This document shows positions 8,878 to 18,471 of a DNA stretch of 61,020 nucleotides, in pieces. Location of the stretch: contig SHYG01000002.1 in NCBI GenBank assembly GCA_009692925.1, positions 1 to 61,020 of the forward strand, given 5' to 3'. The position numbers were made by a program, and so were the translations under genes. Position 1 is the stretch's first letter. Every line of letters starts with the position of its first letter. Source of the DNA: Dehalococcoidia bacterium (GTDB taxonomy: Bacteria > Chloroflexota > Dehalococcoidia > Lucifugimonadales > UBA3495). Below the pieces are notes generated by a model, which saw nothing but the letters and a program-made list of their open reading frames with translations, had not been told where the DNA came from and did no database searches.

Positions 8878-9078
8878 ATGTGGTGGCAAGACCTGCTCTG
8901 GGGATTGTGGAACGGCCTCACGGCCTGTGTCGTCCTCATCGTCCACGCCTTCGGCGGCTGGGAGGCGCACCCACTCTACAACGCGGTGAGAAGCGGAAAC
9001 TGGTACGACTTTGGATTCTTGATTGGCGCCGGCTTCCCGTTCTTTGGAGTGATAGGCGCCCGCCGGTCCCGAAAGTGA
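8878..9078 (+). CDS. small hypothetical membrane protein (66 aa)
   Basis: Two hydrophobic segments and GC3-rich codons. No recognisable family. Confidence 0.45.
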   Translation: MWWQDLLWGLWNGLTACVVLIVHAFGGWEAHPLYNAVRSGNWYDFGFLIGAGFPFFGVIGARRSRK

Positions 9079-9129
9079 GCCCGCGCCGTGGAGTTTAGTC
9101 TCCCACCGTTCTCGGGCCAGTGAACTCCC

Positions 9130-10986
9130 CTACCGCGGCAAGTGGTAGGGCACCGTAACCAGAATGATGCGGTCCTGCCTTCCCAGGGCGCCCCGGAGCA
9201 GCATGGCGGTGTGGTTGTGCAGCAGGCCCTGCCACCAGTGCCGTGGCACGAACTCCGGTATCACCACCGTAACATGCTCCGAAGGATGTTCCTTCGCCAC
9301 TCCCTGAATGTAGTCCACCAGGGGCCGTACCACCTCCCGGTAGGGCGACGGAATTATCTTCAGGGGGATGTTCGTCTGCAGGCGGTCCCAACGGCGTTCC
9401 ACCACCCGGGCCGAGTCCTCGTCCACTGCCACGTGCACCGCCTGCACATTCTTGCCAATCAACTGGGCGTACTCCACCGCCGGCAACACTGCCCGATGCA
9501 CTCCCCCTACAGGAATAATCACCACCCGTTCTGGAGCGGTGACGCTGGGCACGTGGTGCTCCAAAGACAAGGTTTCCGCCAGGGTGCGGTAGTGGCGGTG
9601 GATGGCCGCCAGCACGAACAGCAGCACGGGAATTGCCGCCACCACAATCCATGCGCCGGTCCAAGTCCCCGGAGAGACGAACTTGGTCACCGTCAGCACC
9701 ACCAGCACCACTCCGGTCACGACTGTGCCAATGCCCGTCACCAGGAAACTATGCCACCAGCCTGGTCCCCGCTTGCGCCACCAGTACCGGGTCATGCCGG
9801 CCATGGTCAGCACAAATCCTATGAACACCCCAATGGCGTACAACGGAAGCAACCGGTGCACGTCGCCCTTAAAGAAGAAAATCAGCAGGCTGGCGAACCC
9901 CGCCAGCAGCAAAATGCCGTTGGAAAACACCAGCCGGTCTCCCAGGTTGGTCAGTGGACGGGGCAAGAAGCCATCCCTGGCCAGCCGCGCCGCCAGTGGC
10001 GGGAAGGCGGAAAAGCTGGTGTTGGCCGCTACCACCAGAATGAACAGAGTGCTGAACTGCGTCGCGTAGTATAGCGCGCTGTTGCCAAAGCTGATGCGCG
10101 CCGCCTGGGACACCAAAGTCTGACCCTCCTCCGGCCTGAGGTGGTAGGCGTACGCCATAAAGCTCAGCCCTAAGAAGAGGCCGGCCAGCAACAGTCCCAT
10201 GGTGAAGAGGGTAATGCGGGCATTGCGGACTTGCGGCGGCTTGAAGATGTTCAAGGTGTTAGAGATGGCTTCCACCCCGGTGATGGCTACGCAACCGGAA
10301 GAGAAGGCCCGGAGGAGCTGGAAGGCCCCCACCACCGTAGTCCCCATGATGACTACTCCGGGGGCGGGCGCTGGCAGGACGCCTTGGGTGATGTGTTTGT
10401 ACGCGGCTACCGCCAGCATCAGAAAAAAGCAGGCAAGGAACAGGTAAACCGGCAGCGCCAGGAATTTGGCCGACTGCCGGACTCCGCGCAAGTTGATCAG
10501 GGTCAGGGCGATCACCAGCAGCCCCGCCAGCAGGACTCGCAGCGGGGCAAGGCCCGGAAACAGGGCCAGCCCCGGGAAGGCGGAGGTAACCGCGGCGGCG
10601 CCCGCCGTAACCGAAACCGCCACCGTTAGGGTGTAGTCCAGCAGCAGGCTCGCCCCGGCCACAACACCGGGACCCGTTCCCAGGTTCTCCTTGGCCACTA
10701 CATAGGCGCCACCGCCATTAGGATAAGTCCGAATGACGTAGTCATAGCTCAACACCACCAGCACCATGAGGACTGTGATCGCCAGGGTGATGACCAGACT
10801 GTCGGCGTGGAGAGTCGTCCCTCCCACCGTAAGGCTCAGCAAAATCTCTTCCGAGGCGTAGGCTGAGGAGGAGAGGGCGTTGGCCGCGACGATGACGAAT
10901 GCCAGGGGAATCCCCAGCCGCTCACCCCTGGCTTGCCATGAAGCCAAAGGGTTGCCGATTAAGAAGGACCGGATGGTGTAAAACAT
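9130..10986 (-). CDS. APC-superfamily amino acid/polyamine permease with C-terminal cytoplasmic domain
   Basis: 618 aa, about 12 TM segments, N-terminal motif typical of APC permeases (LGIPLAFVIVAANALSSSAYASEE). Confidence 0.8.
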   Translation of the reverse strand: MFYTIRSFLIGNPLASWQARGERLGIPLAFVIVAANALSSSAYASEEILLSLTVGGTTLHADSLVITLAITVLMVLVVLSYDYVIRTYPNGGGAYVVAKENLGTGPGVVAGASLLLDYTLTVAVSVTAGAAAVTSAFPGLALFPGLAPLRVLLAGLLVIALTLINLRGVRQSAKFLALPVYLFLACFFLMLAVAAYKHITQGVLPAPAPGVVIMGTTVVGAFQLLRAFSSGCVAITGVEAISNTLNIFKPPQVRNARITLFTMGLLLAGLFLGLSFMAYAYHLRPEEGQTLVSQAARISFGNSALYYATQFSTLFILVVAANTSFSAFPPLAARLARDGFLPRPLTNLGDRLVFSNGILLLAGFASLLIFFFKGDVHRLLPLYAIGVFIGFVLTMAGMTRYWWRKRGPGWWHSFLVTGIGTVVTGVVLVVLTVTKFVSPGTWTGAWIVVAAIPVLLFVLAAIHRHYRTLAETLSLEHHVPSVTAPERVVIIPVGGVHRAVLPAVEYAQLIGKNVQAVHVAVDEDSARVVERRWDRLQTNIPLKIIPSPYREVVRPLVDYIQGVAKEHPSEHVTVVIPEFVPRHWWQGLLHNHTAMLLRGALGRQDRIILVTVPYHLPR

Positions 10987-11114
10987 CTTTGGGAGTGTCG
11001 GTTGTCCCGTTCAGCCCGCGGCTTGCCGCAAAACGCTAAAAGCCCCTTTAACCGGATCGGCCAAGGGGGCTCCAGCGTGACTTGTCGGTGGGCAAATGGG
11101 GCAAAAGGACGGCA

Positions 11115-12221
11115 TCACTTGAGGTTCGGCGCCACCTCCCGGGCAAACAGACGCACTGAGTTCATTACCCGGTCCACGGAGATGCCCCCACCGACATTGG
11201 GTTCAATCATAACTCCTTTGAGGCCCATCCGGTCCCGCAGGTCCCGCAGGCGCTGAACCACCATGTCCGGCGTGCCATAGGCCAAGCGGTCCTGCAGCAG
11301 CTCGTCGTAGGTCACGTCGGCCAGGCGCTCCGCCCGCCCGATCCGGTCTTCCGAGGCGGTGGTGCCGGCGCTGTTGGCTGTCCGGGCAAAGTTCTCCGCC
11401 AGCCGGCGGTAGGAGCGCATGGTGCTGGCCTCCGGCTCGGTGCGGGCCTTCTCCTCCGTTTCCGCAACGTACGCGGGGAGGCGCAGATAAACGTCTCCGT
11501 CGCCCGGGTGCCCGGCCTTGTGCCAGGCCTCCCGATAAGCCTTGATCTGCAAGTCCAAGTCGGGCAGGCTGAAGCCCCTCAATCCGGTGACCATGGGGAA
11601 GCCCATGCTCCCTACCTGGGGGAAGGTCTCCTTGGTGGTGGCAGCCACCCGGATGGGCGGGTGAGGTTTCTGGTAGGGCTTGGGCACCACCGAAAGCTCG
11701 TTGAAAGTGTAGTTCTTGCTCTGGTGGGAGAACCGGTCTTGCGTCCACGCCTTCATGATGATTTCCAGGGCTTCCTGGAAGCGCTCCCGGCTTTCGCCGT
11801 AGGGTATGCCGTAGCCCTCATAGGAGCGGGGGAATCCGCTGCGCCCGATGCCAAAGTCCAGCCGGCCCCGGCTGACCTGGTCCACCGTGGCCGCCTCCTC
11901 CGCCAGCCGCACGGGGTGGCATAAGGGCAGCACGCTTACCCCAGTGCCGACGCGGATGCGCTGCGTACGGGCCGCAATGGCGCTGGCCATCACCAGCGGC
12001 ACCGACGACACGGAGGGTATGCCGGCGCCCATGGGGTCGTTGGGCCGCCGCGGCGCGGCAAAATGCCGCTCCGCCAGCCAGAGGCCGTCTAGTCCCAACT
12101 CCTCGGCCATGTCCACCATCTCAAAGGCCTCGGAGAAAGCCTCCTCCTGGGTGGCGCCAGTCCTGTAATCGCACTCCATTACCAGGCCAATATGCACTTT
12201 CTGCCTCCTGGGTTCGGCCAA
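11115..12221 (-). CDS. LLM-class (luciferase-like) flavin-dependent oxidoreductase
   Basis: 368 aa. TIM-barrel LLM signatures (GLDGLWLAERHF, LDFGIGRSG). Confidence 0.85.
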   Translation of the reverse strand: MAEPRRQKVHIGLVMECDYRTGATQEEAFSEAFEMVDMAEELGLDGLWLAERHFAAPRRPNDPMGAGIPSVSSVPLVMASAIAARTQRIRVGTGVSVLPLCHPVRLAEEAATVDQVSRGRLDFGIGRSGFPRSYEGYGIPYGESRERFQEALEIIMKAWTQDRFSHQSKNYTFNELSVVPKPYQKPHPPIRVAATTKETFPQVGSMGFPMVTGLRGFSLPDLDLQIKAYREAWHKAGHPGDGDVYLRLPAYVAETEEKARTEPEASTMRSYRRLAENFARTANSAGTTASEDRIGRAERLADVTYDELLQDRLAYGTPDMVVQRLRDLRDRMGLKGVMIEPNVGGGISVDRVMNSVRLFAREVAPNLK

Positions 12222-12316
12222 TCTCTGGCCGAAACGTCTAATGTCTTAGCCGACCTGAGTTGTTGCCGCCGTGACGCCCATGTTTTCCGGATGTGACGAT
12301 GTAATTTTGCGGGGCC

Positions 12317-12526
12317 TCAGCTCCCCGCCTGTTTCAGGTAGGTCTGGGGCGTGGCCAGAAACTTGGTCCGGCACTCCAGCCCGCAGAAGTAGTACCACTG
12401 CCCATTGAAGAAGCTGCGGGTGCCCGCCCGGGGGTCCACCTCCGCCGCGCCAAACCTGGTGGTGCCGGTGGTGGTCCGGGCCGCCGCCACGTCTATCTCT
12501 TTACTGCACACAGGATCCTTGGGCAT
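12317..12526 (-). CDS. YHS/TRASH-domain metal-binding protein
   Basis: 69 aa with DPVC...YYFCGLEC pattern. Confidence 0.7.
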   Translation of the reverse strand: MPKDPVCSKEIDVAAARTTTGTTRFGAAEVDPRAGTRSFFNGQWYYFCGLECRTKFLATPQTYLKQAGS

Positions 12527-12567
12527 AATCCCTCGCTCTTTCCTGGTTCCGGTCGGTACTCTGCGCC

Positions 12568-13752
12568 TTATCGCGAAGGGGAAAGCTGGTACATGGACTC
12601 TCCCAGCCGCACGTGTCCCGGCTGGTCCAGCAGCCCGTTGGCGATGCGCGCGCGGTGCTCAAAGCTAGTTCCCAGCCGCATGGTCCAGGCGGAAACCCGC
12701 CGGAACCACAGGTGCAGGTTGAACTCCACCATGAACCCGATGCCGCCATGAATCACCTGCGACGACCGCACCACGGCCTCGCACCGGTCGTTGCAGAAGG
12801 CTTTGGCCTGGGAAACTTCGATGCTGGCCGGCAAGCCCTGATCCATGCGCCACAGCGCCTCGTAGGTCAGCAGTTGGCCGCCGTCCACCCAGATAATCAT
12901 ATCCGCGCACAGGTGCTGTATCGACTGAAACGCCCCAATGGGTCGCCCAAAGGCCACCCGGTTCTTGGCATACTCAATGGCCATCTCGGCGTCTTTCCTG
13001 GTGGCGCCCACCATCTGGGCGCACAGCAGAGCGGTGGCCTGATCTAGCATCCTTTCCGCCACCGGCCACCCCTGGCCCTGCTTGCCTACCAGGTTGGACT
13101 TGGGCACCCTCACCCCTTGAAACACGACCTGGAACTGCTTGTCTTTCGCCAGCGTGCTTAACTGCGTGGCAGAGATACCAGGGCTTTGGGTATCCACCAG
13201 CAGCAGGGAGATGCCCTCCGCGCCGCTGGAGCCGGGAGCCGTCCGGCAGGCCACCAGGCATTTCTGAGCCACATTAAAGTTGTCCACGAACATCTTGGCG
13301 CCGCTGACCAGGAAGTAATCGCCCCGATCCGCCGCCTGCAGCTGCACCGACTGGGGGAGAAACCGGGGATCGCCTTCGGTGAAGGCCCAGGTCAGCACCA
13401 TATCGCCTCTGGCCACCGCGGGCAGAATCTCCCGGCGCATGGCCTCGCTGCCATCTCGCGCAATTGCCAGCGCCGCGGTCATGGTGCTGTGGATGGGGAC
13501 CGGCGCAATGGCGCGGCCCAACTCTTCAAAGATGTGTCCCAGATAGACCAGCGGCAGGCCCTGGCCGCCGTAAGTCTCGGGCAGGGCCAGTCCCAGCCAG
13601 CCCAACTCGGCCAGCTTCCGCCACAGGGCGGGGGGATAACCCCGCTCGTCGGCTTCCATAGCCCTGGCCAGGTCGGGAGGACATTCCTTCTCCAGGAACT
13701 CCCGGGCCAGGTTTTTGAGCATCTGCTCTTCTTCGTTCAGCAGTACATCCAT
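12568..13752 (-). CDS. acyl-CoA dehydrogenase family protein
   Basis: 394 aa with canonical ACAD N, middle and C-terminal domain order (GGIGFM near the C-terminus). Confidence 0.9.
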   Translation of the reverse strand: MDVLLNEEEQMLKNLAREFLEKECPPDLARAMEADERGYPPALWRKLAELGWLGLALPETYGGQGLPLVYLGHIFEELGRAIAPVPIHSTMTAALAIARDGSEAMRREILPAVARGDMVLTWAFTEGDPRFLPQSVQLQAADRGDYFLVSGAKMFVDNFNVAQKCLVACRTAPGSSGAEGISLLLVDTQSPGISATQLSTLAKDKQFQVVFQGVRVPKSNLVGKQGQGWPVAERMLDQATALLCAQMVGATRKDAEMAIEYAKNRVAFGRPIGAFQSIQHLCADMIIWVDGGQLLTYEALWRMDQGLPASIEVSQAKAFCNDRCEAVVRSSQVIHGGIGFMVEFNLHLWFRRVSAWTMRLGTSFEHRARIANGLLDQPGHVRLGESMYQLSPSR

Positions 13753-13760
13753 GACATTGC

Positions 13761-14963
13761 CTATCCCCTGGGCATGCCCAAGCCGCGGCGGGCCACCTGG
13801 TCCCGCATCACCTGCACGCTGCCGTGGTTGATCCCTGACTGGAACGACCCCATGACGTTGTGGGCGAACAGACCGTCCTCAATCGCGCCCAGGGAGCCGT
13901 TCATAAGCTGGGCGTAGGGCCCCAGCACCTGGGTGATGGTCTCGGTGGTCCTGACCCCGTGCTCCGGGCTGAACACCTTCTCCGCCGACCCCTCATAGGA
14001 GAATTTGCTGCCGCGCTCCACCAGGGACATGCTGCGCATAGTCATCAAGCGGCACACCTGGGCCTCGATCCACAGCTCCGCCAGCCGGTCCCGCACCGCG
14101 GGATCCTGACCCGGAGAGAACCCGCCGAACTGGTTATCCTTGACCCAGTTGATGATGTCCTCGTCCCGCCGCACCGACAACAGATACCGGCTAGCGCCCA
14201 CCCGGTCCAGGTTCAGGCCCAAGGCGCCCACGTACCAGCCGGAGTTTTCCTCTCCCAGCATGCACGAAACTGGCACATGCACGTCCTCCAGGAAGACCTC
14301 GTTGGTCCGGCGCTGACCGTAGGTGGTGCCAATGGGCGCAGGCGGATCGTTCTGGATAGTCCACAGCGGCCGCACTGTAATGCCTGGGGTGTCCATGGGC
14401 ACCAGGAAGATGGAGATGCCTTTGTGCTTGGGGACTTCGGGGTCCGTGCGGGCCATCAGGTACAGGTGAGTGGCGTAGTGAGCGGCGGTGGTGAAAATCT
14501 TCTGCCCGTTGACCACAAACTCGTCGCCGTCCCGCACTGCCCGGCACTGCAGCCCGGCCAGGTCGGCCCCCGCTTGGGGCTCGGTGAACCCCAGGGCAAA
14601 CACCGCCTCGCCGCGCATGATCCGTGGCAGGAAGTACCGTTTCTGCTCCTCGGTGCCCGCGGCCAGAATTGCCGGAGCGCCGCTGCCCGCGCCGCCGACG
14701 CTGACGCCCACACGGGAGAACTCCTCTTCCACTATGTACTGGTTAAGGCGGCTGCCGCCCTGCCCGCCGTACTCCTTGGGCCAGCTCATGCCCACCCAGC
14801 CTCGTTCTCCGGCCTTAAGCAGCAACCCCCGGTAGTTGGGGCCGCGCCCGCCTTCCTCGGCGCTCTCCAACTCGGCAATCACTTCCTGCGTCACGTTTTC
14901 GGCAATGAACTGGCGCACCTCTTGCTTGAGGGCCTCTTGCTGAGGGGTGAAGCCAAAGTCCAT
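13761..14963 (-). CDS. acyl-CoA dehydrogenase family protein
   Basis: Begins MDFGFTPQQEALKQEVRQF at 14963. The ORF track start at 15032 is an upstream extension. Contains the FTEPQAGADL motif. Confidence 0.9.
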   Translation of the reverse strand: MDFGFTPQQEALKQEVRQFIAENVTQEVIAELESAEEGGRGPNYRGLLLKAGERGWVGMSWPKEYGGQGGSRLNQYIVEEEFSRVGVSVGGAGSGAPAILAAGTEEQKRYFLPRIMRGEAVFALGFTEPQAGADLAGLQCRAVRDGDEFVVNGQKIFTTAAHYATHLYLMARTDPEVPKHKGISIFLVPMDTPGITVRPLWTIQNDPPAPIGTTYGQRRTNEVFLEDVHVPVSCMLGEENSGWYVGALGLNLDRVGASRYLLSVRRDEDIINWVKDNQFGGFSPGQDPAVRDRLAELWIEAQVCRLMTMRSMSLVERGSKFSYEGSAEKVFSPEHGVRTTETITQVLGPYAQLMNGSLGAIEDGLFAHNVMGSFQSGINHGSVQVMRDQVARRGLGMPRG

Positions 14964-15101
14964 AGCGCACCTCGCCGTCCTGATTGCTGAAACCCAACGC
15001 GACTGGCGCCGGTCACATACCCCGCAGTACATCTAGTCTACAGGTTGCCTCCATCTTGCCTTGACCCAGGGGGCATGTCAAGGGGCACAGTTCCTAGACA
15101 G

Positions 15102-15371
15102 TCACGGGCGGTCTTCGTTCTTGGCCTGCTGTAAGTCTTGCTCGGTGACGAAAACTCGGGGAACTCTTGCACGAAGGGCGCGTACTTGGGCCAGGAAGGC
15201 CTCCGGGTCTATCGGCGTGCTAACCAGCGCCATTTCCAGGCAAACGATGACCTCGCTGTTGATGCTGCGCCGGTGTAGCGCCGCACTCCTCTTGAGCTGT
15301 TCGTAAAGCTGGCCTGGAACGTTCCTGACCGTGAGCGTCGCTATTTTGTCCTCCAAATCTAGCAACCACAA
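15102..15371 (-). CDS. ribbon-helix-helix (Arc/FitA/VapB-like) antitoxin-type DNA-binding protein, no adjacent toxin
   Basis: TLTVRNVPGQLYEQLKRSAALHRRSINSEVIVCLEMAL is a typical RHH N-terminus. The start may be the internal TTG. Confidence 0.6.
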   Translation of the reverse strand: MWLLDLEDKIATLTVRNVPGQLYEQLKRSAALHRRSINSEVIVCLEMALVSTPIDPEAFLAQVRALRARVPRVFVTEQDLQQAKNEDRP

Positions 15372-15395
15372 TGCAGTTGTACGGGAGGCAAGATT

Positions 15396-16634
15396 CTATG
15401 TGGCCCCCGGCAGCCGGTTGATAAAGTTCTGCCCCCCCTTCATCACCAGCTTCAGCTTGCTTCGGTCTCGCAGCACCTTGATGTCCCGCAACGGGTCGCC
15501 CTCCACCACCAGCAGGTCGGCCAGCTTGCCCGCCTGGATGGCGCCAATCTCTTGCTCTAGCCCCACGCACTCGGCGGCCCAGCCTGTGGCGGCCTGGATG
15601 GCCTGCATGGGCGTCATGCCTCGCTCCACCATCAGCTCCAGCTCCCGGGAGTTCTCCCCGTGGACAAAGCCCCCGGCGTCGGTGCCCGCCACCACCTTCA
15701 CCCCGGCGGCCAGGGCCTGGTGCACGCTGGCTTGGTGGATCTCCTGCAAAATCCTGGCCCGCGCCTGCATATGAGGGGCGCTCACCGTGGCGTGAAACTC
15801 GTAGACCTCAAAGGTGGGCACCAGGAAAATGCCTTCGCCGGCCATCATCCGCGCCAGGTCCGGGTCTTCCGCGAGGTAGCAGCCGTGCTCCACCGACCCG
15901 ACGCCCGCCTCGATGCACATTCGCAGCCCCGGCCCTCCCAGGGCGTGGCACATGGTTTTGCGACCCAGCGCCCGCGCCTCCTGAACCAGCGCCCGGACCT
16001 CATCCGCGCCAAAGGCGACGTCCTTGGGGCCGTGGCCCTGCCGCGAGCTGGCCCCGCCGGTGGTGGCGAACTTGATGACGTCGGCGCCGACCCGCGCCAT
16101 CTCCCGGACCTTGGCCCGCACCGCGTCTACCCCGTTGGCGACCCCCGAGGGCAGGCGCGGGTCCTCCGGGAAGCTGTGACTGTGTCCCGAGGCGCTGACC
16201 CGGTCGCCAATGCCGCCGGTGGGCGAGATTATGTTCACCGATACCACCAGCCGGGGGCCGGGGTACAGCCCTTCTTCCACCGCCTGCTTGAACCCGGCGT
16301 CCAGCCCTCCCGCATCGCGCACGCAGGTGTAGCCGGCGGACAGGGTCTGCTCCAGCACCTTGGCGGTGCGCAGGTGCTGCAGCGACGTGGGCTCCTGCAG
16401 ACCCCAGCGGCTGGGCAGGTCGTAGCCCTTGGACGCCAGGTGGTCGTGACAGTCAATCAACCCCGGTAGCAGGGTCATGCCGGACAGGTCCACCGCTTGT
16501 GTCCCCGGCGGCAGCGCCACCGACCCGCGGGGCCCCACCGCTTCAATGCGCGACCCGTTAATCAACACCGTGGCGTTGTTGACCGGCGGCCGGCCGGTGC
16601 CGTCAATCACCCTTGCTCCTACCAAAGCCTGCAT
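15396..16634 (-). CDS. metal-dependent amidohydrolase family protein
   Basis: 412 aa with PGLIDCHDHL and later HxxG/D signatures of the amidohydrolase superfamily. Confidence 0.85.
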   Translation of the reverse strand: MQALVGARVIDGTGRPPVNNATVLINGSRIEAVGPRGSVALPPGTQAVDLSGMTLLPGLIDCHDHLASKGYDLPSRWGLQEPTSLQHLRTAKVLEQTLSAGYTCVRDAGGLDAGFKQAVEEGLYPGPRLVVSVNIISPTGGIGDRVSASGHSHSFPEDPRLPSGVANGVDAVRAKVREMARVGADVIKFATTGGASSRQGHGPKDVAFGADEVRALVQEARALGRKTMCHALGGPGLRMCIEAGVGSVEHGCYLAEDPDLARMMAGEGIFLVPTFEVYEFHATVSAPHMQARARILQEIHQASVHQALAAGVKVVAGTDAGGFVHGENSRELELMVERGMTPMQAIQAATGWAAECVGLEQEIGAIQAGKLADLLVVEGDPLRDIKVLRDRSKLKLVMKGGQNFINRLPGAT

Positions 16635-16756
16635 GGGGATACCTCCGCATCGTGGACTGCTTGCGCTGGCTTATCAGACCCTTGCCTGGCGCGGCGAACC
16701 AAAGCTAGCTGGGAGTGATGCTAGAGAAGCAAAAAGGGGTTGTCAAGCAAATTGCT

Positions 16757-16777
16757 GTAGGGGGCAGGTCTGCCCGC
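16757..16777. repeat. REP-like hairpin GTAGGGGGCAGGTCTGCCCGC
   Basis: Same family style as 5316, 21518 and 52014. Confidence 0.5.
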
Positions 16778-16877
16778 TAAATGCGCTTGGACCGCGCATG
16801 GAGGTTTGGACTGTAGGGGGTGACATCTGGGTGGAGGATGGCTCTGCGCCGCGCCCGTAAGCCTTATCTGGTCTTGC

Positions 16878-17033
16878 CTATCTCGTCTTAAAGGACATGA
16901 ACATACCGCCCACGAAGAAGGCCACCATGCCCATGACCAAGGGCATGAACACCGATTCGGTGGTGCCGATGAAGTGCAGAATGACGATGAGACCCAGGAT
17001 GGCCGCCGCCACCAGGAGCAGCAACTCCCCCAT
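16878..17033 (-). CDS. small two-TM membrane protein (51 aa), absent from the ORF track because it is under 60 aa
   Basis: Hand translation gives MGELLLLVAAAILGLIVILHFIGTTESVFMPLVMGMVAFFVGGMFMSFKTR. It reads far better than the overlapping 118-aa Trp/Cys/Ser-rich ORF 16721..17077. Confidence 0.35.
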   Translation of the reverse strand: MGELLLLVAAAILGLIVILHFIGTTESVFMPLVMGMVAFFVGGMFMSFKTR

Positions 17034-17189
17034 TTCCTTAGCGTCGCGCATATAAGGAGCCTAATGGGAACTCGCAACGCCTGTCAAGGCAAAATGGGCC
17101 TCACGTCCAGGGTTTTTGCCGCTGCGGAGGCAGGGGCGAGTGGTCCCGGCTCAATTCAAGCCTGCCACGCCATGTCCATCATTGATCTA

Positions 17190-17620
17190 TCACGCCGCGC
17201 GCGGGCGTTCTCGCCGTTCTCGCCAGTGACCATCGCCCGGAACATCGCCCGCTTGTGCTGCAACCTGGGGCGCCGCCACCGGCTGGCCTCGGCCAGGCTT
17301 GTCGCTCAGTCCGGCCATACCTTGCTGGCTGAATCGCTGAACCCACTTGTAGATGAAACGCCGGCGCATGCCCACGGCGGTGGCGATGTCGGTGACTGTC
17401 GCGCCGTCGGCCAGCATCAGGATTATCCGCCCGCGCCTGGCGGGGCCCGCCATGATGGTGGTGGAGCGCTGCCACGATTCCAGCGTCCGGCGCTCTTCCG
17501 GGGTAAGCTCAACCACCAAGCTGGTCCGGCGACCCTGAGCCATGTTCCCGCTCCCTTACCCGCGTCTCAATTGTTCCCCTTTTTGTTGACCGCTTTTCGA
17601 CCCTAGCACACGCCATGTCC
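17190..17620 (-). mobile_element. IS630-family insertion sequence remnant (N-terminal HTH part of the transposase only, plus putative left end)
   Basis: LTPEERRTLESW...GATVTDIATAVGMRRRFIYKWVQRFSQQGMAGLSDKPGRG is the IS630-type HTH module. There is no DDE domain downstream. The upstream TGCTAGGGTCGAAAAGCGGTCAAC resembles the MITE terminal repeat. Confidence 0.6.
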
Positions 17621-17805
17621 GGTCTGTGTGAACAGAGCGTGAATAATTCTCGGCGGGGCGCACTTCTCAGTCCGAGGCTCGCCGCCAACCTAGCTCTTGG
17701 GCAATGCACCACATCCCAAAACCGGAAGGAACCCCGTGAGCGGGGCGCCAAAGCTGACCGCTGACTAGCTGACCGCTGAAGGCTCGAGGCGCTAGACCCT
17801 GGAAT

Positions 17806-18471
17806 ATGGAGAGTGCTACACTCCCCTTATCCCGACGATGGGTGTGGAGACATCCTTTGCAGCTTCCGCCGCACATCGAAAACCCCCAGCGGCTGGCTCC
17901 GCTAATGGGCCGCCTGTGGGCGCCCCTGGCGGCGGTCACCACTGCCTGCAACGGCAAGGCCAACGCCCAGATCGCCGTAGCGATCGCCGCCGCGTCCATC
18001 GTGCCTGCCCGCCCGCGCATCGCGGTGCAGATTTACAAGAGCAACTACACCCACCAGCTCATTCACGCCAGCGGCATCCTCGCGGTCAACTTCCTGCGCC
18101 AGGACCAGCTGGCCCTCATCAAGCAGTTCGGCTTTGTCTCCGGGCGAGATGCGGACAAGCTTGCCGGGGTGAGCTACCGGCAGGGCGCCACCGGCAGCCC
18201 GATCCTGACCCAGTGTTGGGGCTACCTGGACTGCCGCGTGGTCAACGCCATGGACGGCGGCGACATGACCTGCTTTCTGGCGGAGGTTCTGGAGGGTGAT
18301 ACTCTCAGCGACGACGAGCCTCTATCTTGGCGGCACGCCCGGCGTCTGCTGCCGCGGGAGTGGGCTGAGGAGTGGGACCGGCGGATTGCGGCGGAGATCC
18401 AGGTTTCCCTGCGCCGAATGGACGATGTCCGTCACGACCCCTGGCAATCCCCCAAAAGGCCTGTTTCATGA
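17806..18471 (+). CDS. flavin reductase (FMN-binding split-barrel) family protein
   Basis: Core LAAVTT...GKANAQIAVAI...VQIYKSNYTHQLI..SGILAVNFL. The true start may be the ATG at 17905. Confidence 0.75.
   Translation: MESATLPLSRRWVWRHPLQLPPHIENPQRLAPLMGRLWAPLAAVTTACNGKANAQIAVAIAAASIVPARPRIAVQIYKSNYTHQLIHASGILAVNFLRQDQLALIKQFGFVSGRDADKLAGVSYRQGATGSPILTQCWGYLDCRVVNAMDGGDMTCFLAEVLEGDTLSDDEPLSWRHARRLLPREWAEEWDRRIAAEIQVSLRRMDDVRHDPWQSPKRPVS

Noticed and set aside
16721-17077. 118-aa minus-strand ORF from the track.
   Set aside because: It has a Trp/Cys/Ser/Arg-rich composition. A shorter ORF in another frame (16878..17033) gives a coherent two-TM peptide and is preferred, though itself at low confidence.
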